Shown here: in pieces, positions 60,441-64,000 of the stretch
Position numbering within the stretch: position 1 is the stretch's first letter
Layout of the letters: every line of letters starts with the position of its first letter
Assembly (NCBI GenBank): GCA_036785375.1
Contig: JAWMAR010000070.1
Span: 7,316,001-7,380,000 of the forward strand
From: Leucoraja ocellata
Lineage: Eukaryota
Reading direction: 5' to 3'
DNA length: 64,000 nt
Made by a program: the position numbers and the translations under genes
Notes under the pieces: generated by a model
The model's database searches: none
What the model was told of the DNA's origin: nothing
What the model saw: only the letters and a program-made list of their open reading frames with translations

Positions 60441-61766
60441 TGGCAGAAGGTGAGTGCTTGCCGACCTCACACTCTATACTGGGCATCGAGTCATACAGTT
60501 CAGAACCAGCCCTTCAGCCCAACAAGTCCATACTGACCCTACTTGACCCTAATGCTCGTAGGGTAAGAAACACAAGAGTAGTATGTGACTGGCCGTCCTA
60601 AACATTCATTGGTCATAGTATTTTCACCTCTAGTCTTTAGAGATACAGCGCGAAAACAGGCCCTTCGCCCCATCGAGTCCATGCCGACGAGCGGTCACCC
60701 TGTACACTAGCACTATCCTACACACTGGGGAAAGTTTACAATTTACAGAAGCCAATTAACCGACAAACCTGTACGATTTTGGAATGTGGGAGGAAACCGG
60801 AGCACCCGGAGAAAACCCACGCAGTCACAGCGAGAACGTGCAAACTCTATACCGACAGCACCTCTGGGGTCAGTATTCTCTGGGGTGGAACCCTCTCCAT
60901 TTGACCTGTTTTTACAAAATGTTAAATGGTCAGCTCGACATAGATCACAAGACCTACACCAAACCCAAACCAATTAGGAGCAGACGAGGGCATTCGATCC
61001 AATTTGTGATCCCAGCTACAAAGACAGATGTGTTGGTACAGCAATTCGTTCTTCCCCTGCACAATTAAATCATGGAATAATCTCCACCCTACTATAGTTA
61101 CCCAACCAGATGCAACTAAATTTAAAGTAGCTCTTTCTGGCTTATGTCCTCCCTCCACCACCTCCAGTTTAAATTCCATTTGGACCAAGAAACCAAGAAA
61201 CCCGAGGTCAGGATGGAACCCGGGTCTTTGGCGCTGTGATGTAAGCGGTATGTCTACCACCGCACCACCTCGTCTCTGGGTGAAGACTGTGGCGGTGGGG
61301 GTGGGCAAAGGAACCAACAGGCCAGGAAACAGGCGACCATCCCAGTAAATGCTCCAGAGAATGTAGCTGTGCAGCGGGTAGAGCCGCTGCCTCACAGCTC
61401 CAGCGTCTCGGGTTCAATCCTGACTGCTGGAGCTGTCGGTGTGTGGAGTTAGGAAAAATATAGGTGTGGGAGTAGGCTATTCGACCCACACACACACTCA
61501 CCCTCNNNNNNNNNNNNNNNNNNNNNNNNNNNNNNNNNNNNNNNNNNNNNNNNNNNNNNNNNNNNNNNNNNNNNNNNNNNNNNNNNNNNNNNNNNNNNNN
61601 NNNNNNNNNNNNNNNNNNNNNNNNNNNNNNNNNNNNNNNNNNNNNNNNNNNNNNNNNNNNNNNNNNNNNNNNNNNNNNNNNNNNNNNNNNNNNNNNNNNN
61701 NNNNNNNNNNNNNNNNNNNNNNNNNNNNNNNNNNNNNNNNNNNNNNNNNNNNNNNNNNNNNNNNNN

Positions 61767-61885
61767 CCCACACATCCTCACCCACACCCTCACCCACACA
61801 TCCTCACCCACACACCCTCACCCACACACCCTCACACACACACCCTCACACACACACCCTCACCCACACATCCTCACCCACACAC
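61767..61885. repeat. CA-rich simple repeat between N-runs (61506-61766, 61886-62288)
   Basis: (cacaccct/cacatcct)n continuing into Ns on both sides. Confidence 0.85.
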
Positions 61886-62654
61886 NNNNNNNNNNNNNNN
61901 NNNNNNNNNNNNNNNNNNNNNNNNNNNNNNNNNNNNNNNNNNNNNNNNNNNNNNNNNNNNNNNNNNNNNNNNNNNNNNNNNNNNNNNNNNNNNNNNNNNN
62001 NNNNNNNNNNNNNNNNNNNNNNNNNNNNNNNNNNNNNNNNNNNNNNNNNNNNNNNNNNNNNNNNNNNNNNNNNNNNNNNNNNNNNNNNNNNNNNNNNNNN
62101 NNNNNNNNNNNNNNNNNNNNNNNNNNNNNNNNNNNNNNNNNNNNNNNNNNNNNNNNNNNNNNNNNNNNNNNNNNNNNNNNNNNNNNNNNNNNNNNNNNNN
62201 NNNNNNNNNNNNNNNNNNNNNNNNNNNNNNNNNNNNNNNNNNNNNNNNNNNNNNNNNNNNNNNNNNNNNNNNNNNNNNNNNNNNNNNNGGCCGAGATGGC
62301 CGCCGCCACCAGGAGCAGCAACAACACCCACCGCCCCCCCCCCCCCCCCCCGGCCAAACCCAGGCCCGCAGTCGGACACCGAACCCGACTGTACCGGGAC
62401 TAGCGGGCGGGGCCGGGACAGAGTCGCTGTCGTCGACCCTCACCGACCCCCCTCCCCCCGGTAATCTATGCTGCTGCCGCCGACGCCGGTCTCTATCTAC
62501 GGGCCTCCGCCGACCCGACCCGACCCGACCCGACCCGACCCGACCCGACCCTCCCCCACCGGTCACCGGGGCCGGAGCCGACACTCACCTCACCAGAGGT
62601 CCAGGCGCTGCACGAGGCCCGCAACCAACCGCCACGTGGCGGGCAGCACGTGGT

Positions 62655-63175
62655 CTGTCTCTGCTGGGTCCTAGTGGGTCCTAGTGCCCCCCCTCCACAG
62701 GGAACACCCATCAGTAGTGATGTCTCTGCTGGGTCCTAGTNNNNNNNNNNNNNNNNNNNNNNNNNNNNNNNNNNNNNNNNNNNNNNNNNNNNNNNNNNNN
62801 NNNNNNNNNNNNNNNNNNNNNNNNNNNNNNNNNNNNNNNNNNNNNNNNNNNNNNNNNNNNNNNNNNNNNNNNNNNNNNNNNNNNNNNNNNNNNNNNNNNN
62901 NNNNNNNNNNNNNNNNNNNNNNNNNNNNNNNNNNNNNNNNNNNNNNNNNNNNNNNNNNNNNNNNNNNNNNNNNNNNNNNNNNNNNNNNNNNNNNNNNNNN
63001 NNNNNNNNNNNNNNNNNNNNNNNNNNNNNNNNNNNNNNNNNNNNNNNNNNNNNNNNNNNNNNNNNNNNNNNNTCCATCAGTAGTGATGTCTCTGCTGGGT
63101 CCTAGTGCACCCCCCCCATCTCCCCTATAGGGAAGACAACTCAGTAGTGATTGAAAACCCATCAGTAGTGATGGG
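62655..63175. repeat. Minisatellite flanking N-run 62741-63072
   Basis: ccatcagtagtgatgtctctgctgggtcctagt on both sides of the gap. Confidence 0.75.
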
Positions 63176-63824
63176 TCTTCCCCTTCCCCCTCTTTTAATC
63201 AGGTTACCCCGACCACACACCCGCTCGTTAAAATTCCCCATTATTTTGGTGTTTTGTTTACAGGGGTGCCCTCTGGCAGCACTGCACCCCTGGCTATATC
63301 CAACTCTCTCTTGAAGGCATCCGGTGAATTGGCCTCCACTGCCTTCTGTGGCGGAGAATTCCACAGATTCACAACTCTCTGGGTGACGGAGTTTGCACGT
63401 TCTCCCCATGACTGCGTGGGTTTTTCTCCAGGAGCTCCGGTTTCCTCCCACATCCCAAAGTTGCGCAGGGTTGTAGGTTGACAGACCCTCTGTAAATTGC
63501 TCCTCATGTGTAGGTGAGGGTTGGAATCTGGGGAGAACTGATGGGAATGTTGGGGAAAATGAGTGAGGGTCAGGTCTGCACTGAACGGCCTGTCTCCCTG
63601 CTGTATAGCCCCATCACACTTTGGATTATCTCTGATCAGCCTTTGCCTCACACTGAACATTAACCCCTTCATCCTGTATCTGTACACTGTGGGCGGCTGG
63701 ACTGTAATCATGTGTAGTCTTTCCACTGACAGGATAGCACGCAAACAAAAATACTTTTCACTGCACCTCGGTCCACGTGATAATAAACTAAACTAAACTA
63801 GAAACTTTAAAAAAAAAGACGTAC

Positions 63825-63968
63825 TTTAGATATTGTTTTTGATCTGATGTGTAGACATCCTTCCTGGTTGTGAGAATTCTAAGATGATCTTTCTGTTGCA
63901 GACTGCACTCAACAAACAACTGGGAACTTCCACCACCGATCGTTTGTCCATCACAAAGATAATTGTTG
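63825..63968 (-). CDS. Candidate internal coding exon of an unidentified gene converging on the chitinase
   Basis: Acceptor tttattttattgttttaacAG, donor aa|GTACGT, 144 nt, open in phase 2-2: NNYLCDGQTIGGGSSQLFVECSLQQKDHLRILTTRKDVYTSDQKQYL. Confidence 0.45.
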
Positions 63969-64000
63969 CTGTTAAAACAATAAAATAAAGTCATAATTTC

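Noticed and set aside
61208-63162. Long ORFs near the right end
   Set aside because: Artefacts of N-runs and simple repeats.

Overview
Eukaryotic, repeat-dense vertebrate DNA. The mix of CR1, Rex1, Penelope, DIRS and tRNA-SINE elements suggests a cartilaginous fish (inference). Main content: (1) ~1.7-46.3 kb is a tandem array of six ~6-10 kb duplicated units. Five carry an intact minus-strand gene with TATA/CCAAT promoter, non-coding exon 1, ~570-bp intron and ONE coding exon. That exon encodes signal peptide + RxxR propeptide + a single secreted V-type Ig domain. Leader, intron and promoter are almost invariant, while the Ig domain is hypervariable with nearly all changes non-synonymous. In the sixth unit the gene was deleted and patched with a Rex1 fragment. 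(2) Head-to-head with the array (TATA boxes ~1.6 kb apart) is a complete 11-coding-exon GH18 chitinase with a C-terminal chitin-binding domain (CHIA-like, 472 aa, 47648-60440, +). (3) Many nested mobile elements with resolvable target-site duplications: CR1 (one with a >900-codon open ORF2), Penelope-like elements with hammerhead cores, Rex1, solo LTRs, MITEs and a DIRS element with ITR/ICR. (4) Fragmentary signs of a converging minus-strand gene among N-runs at the right end. All alignments and counts were done by eye.
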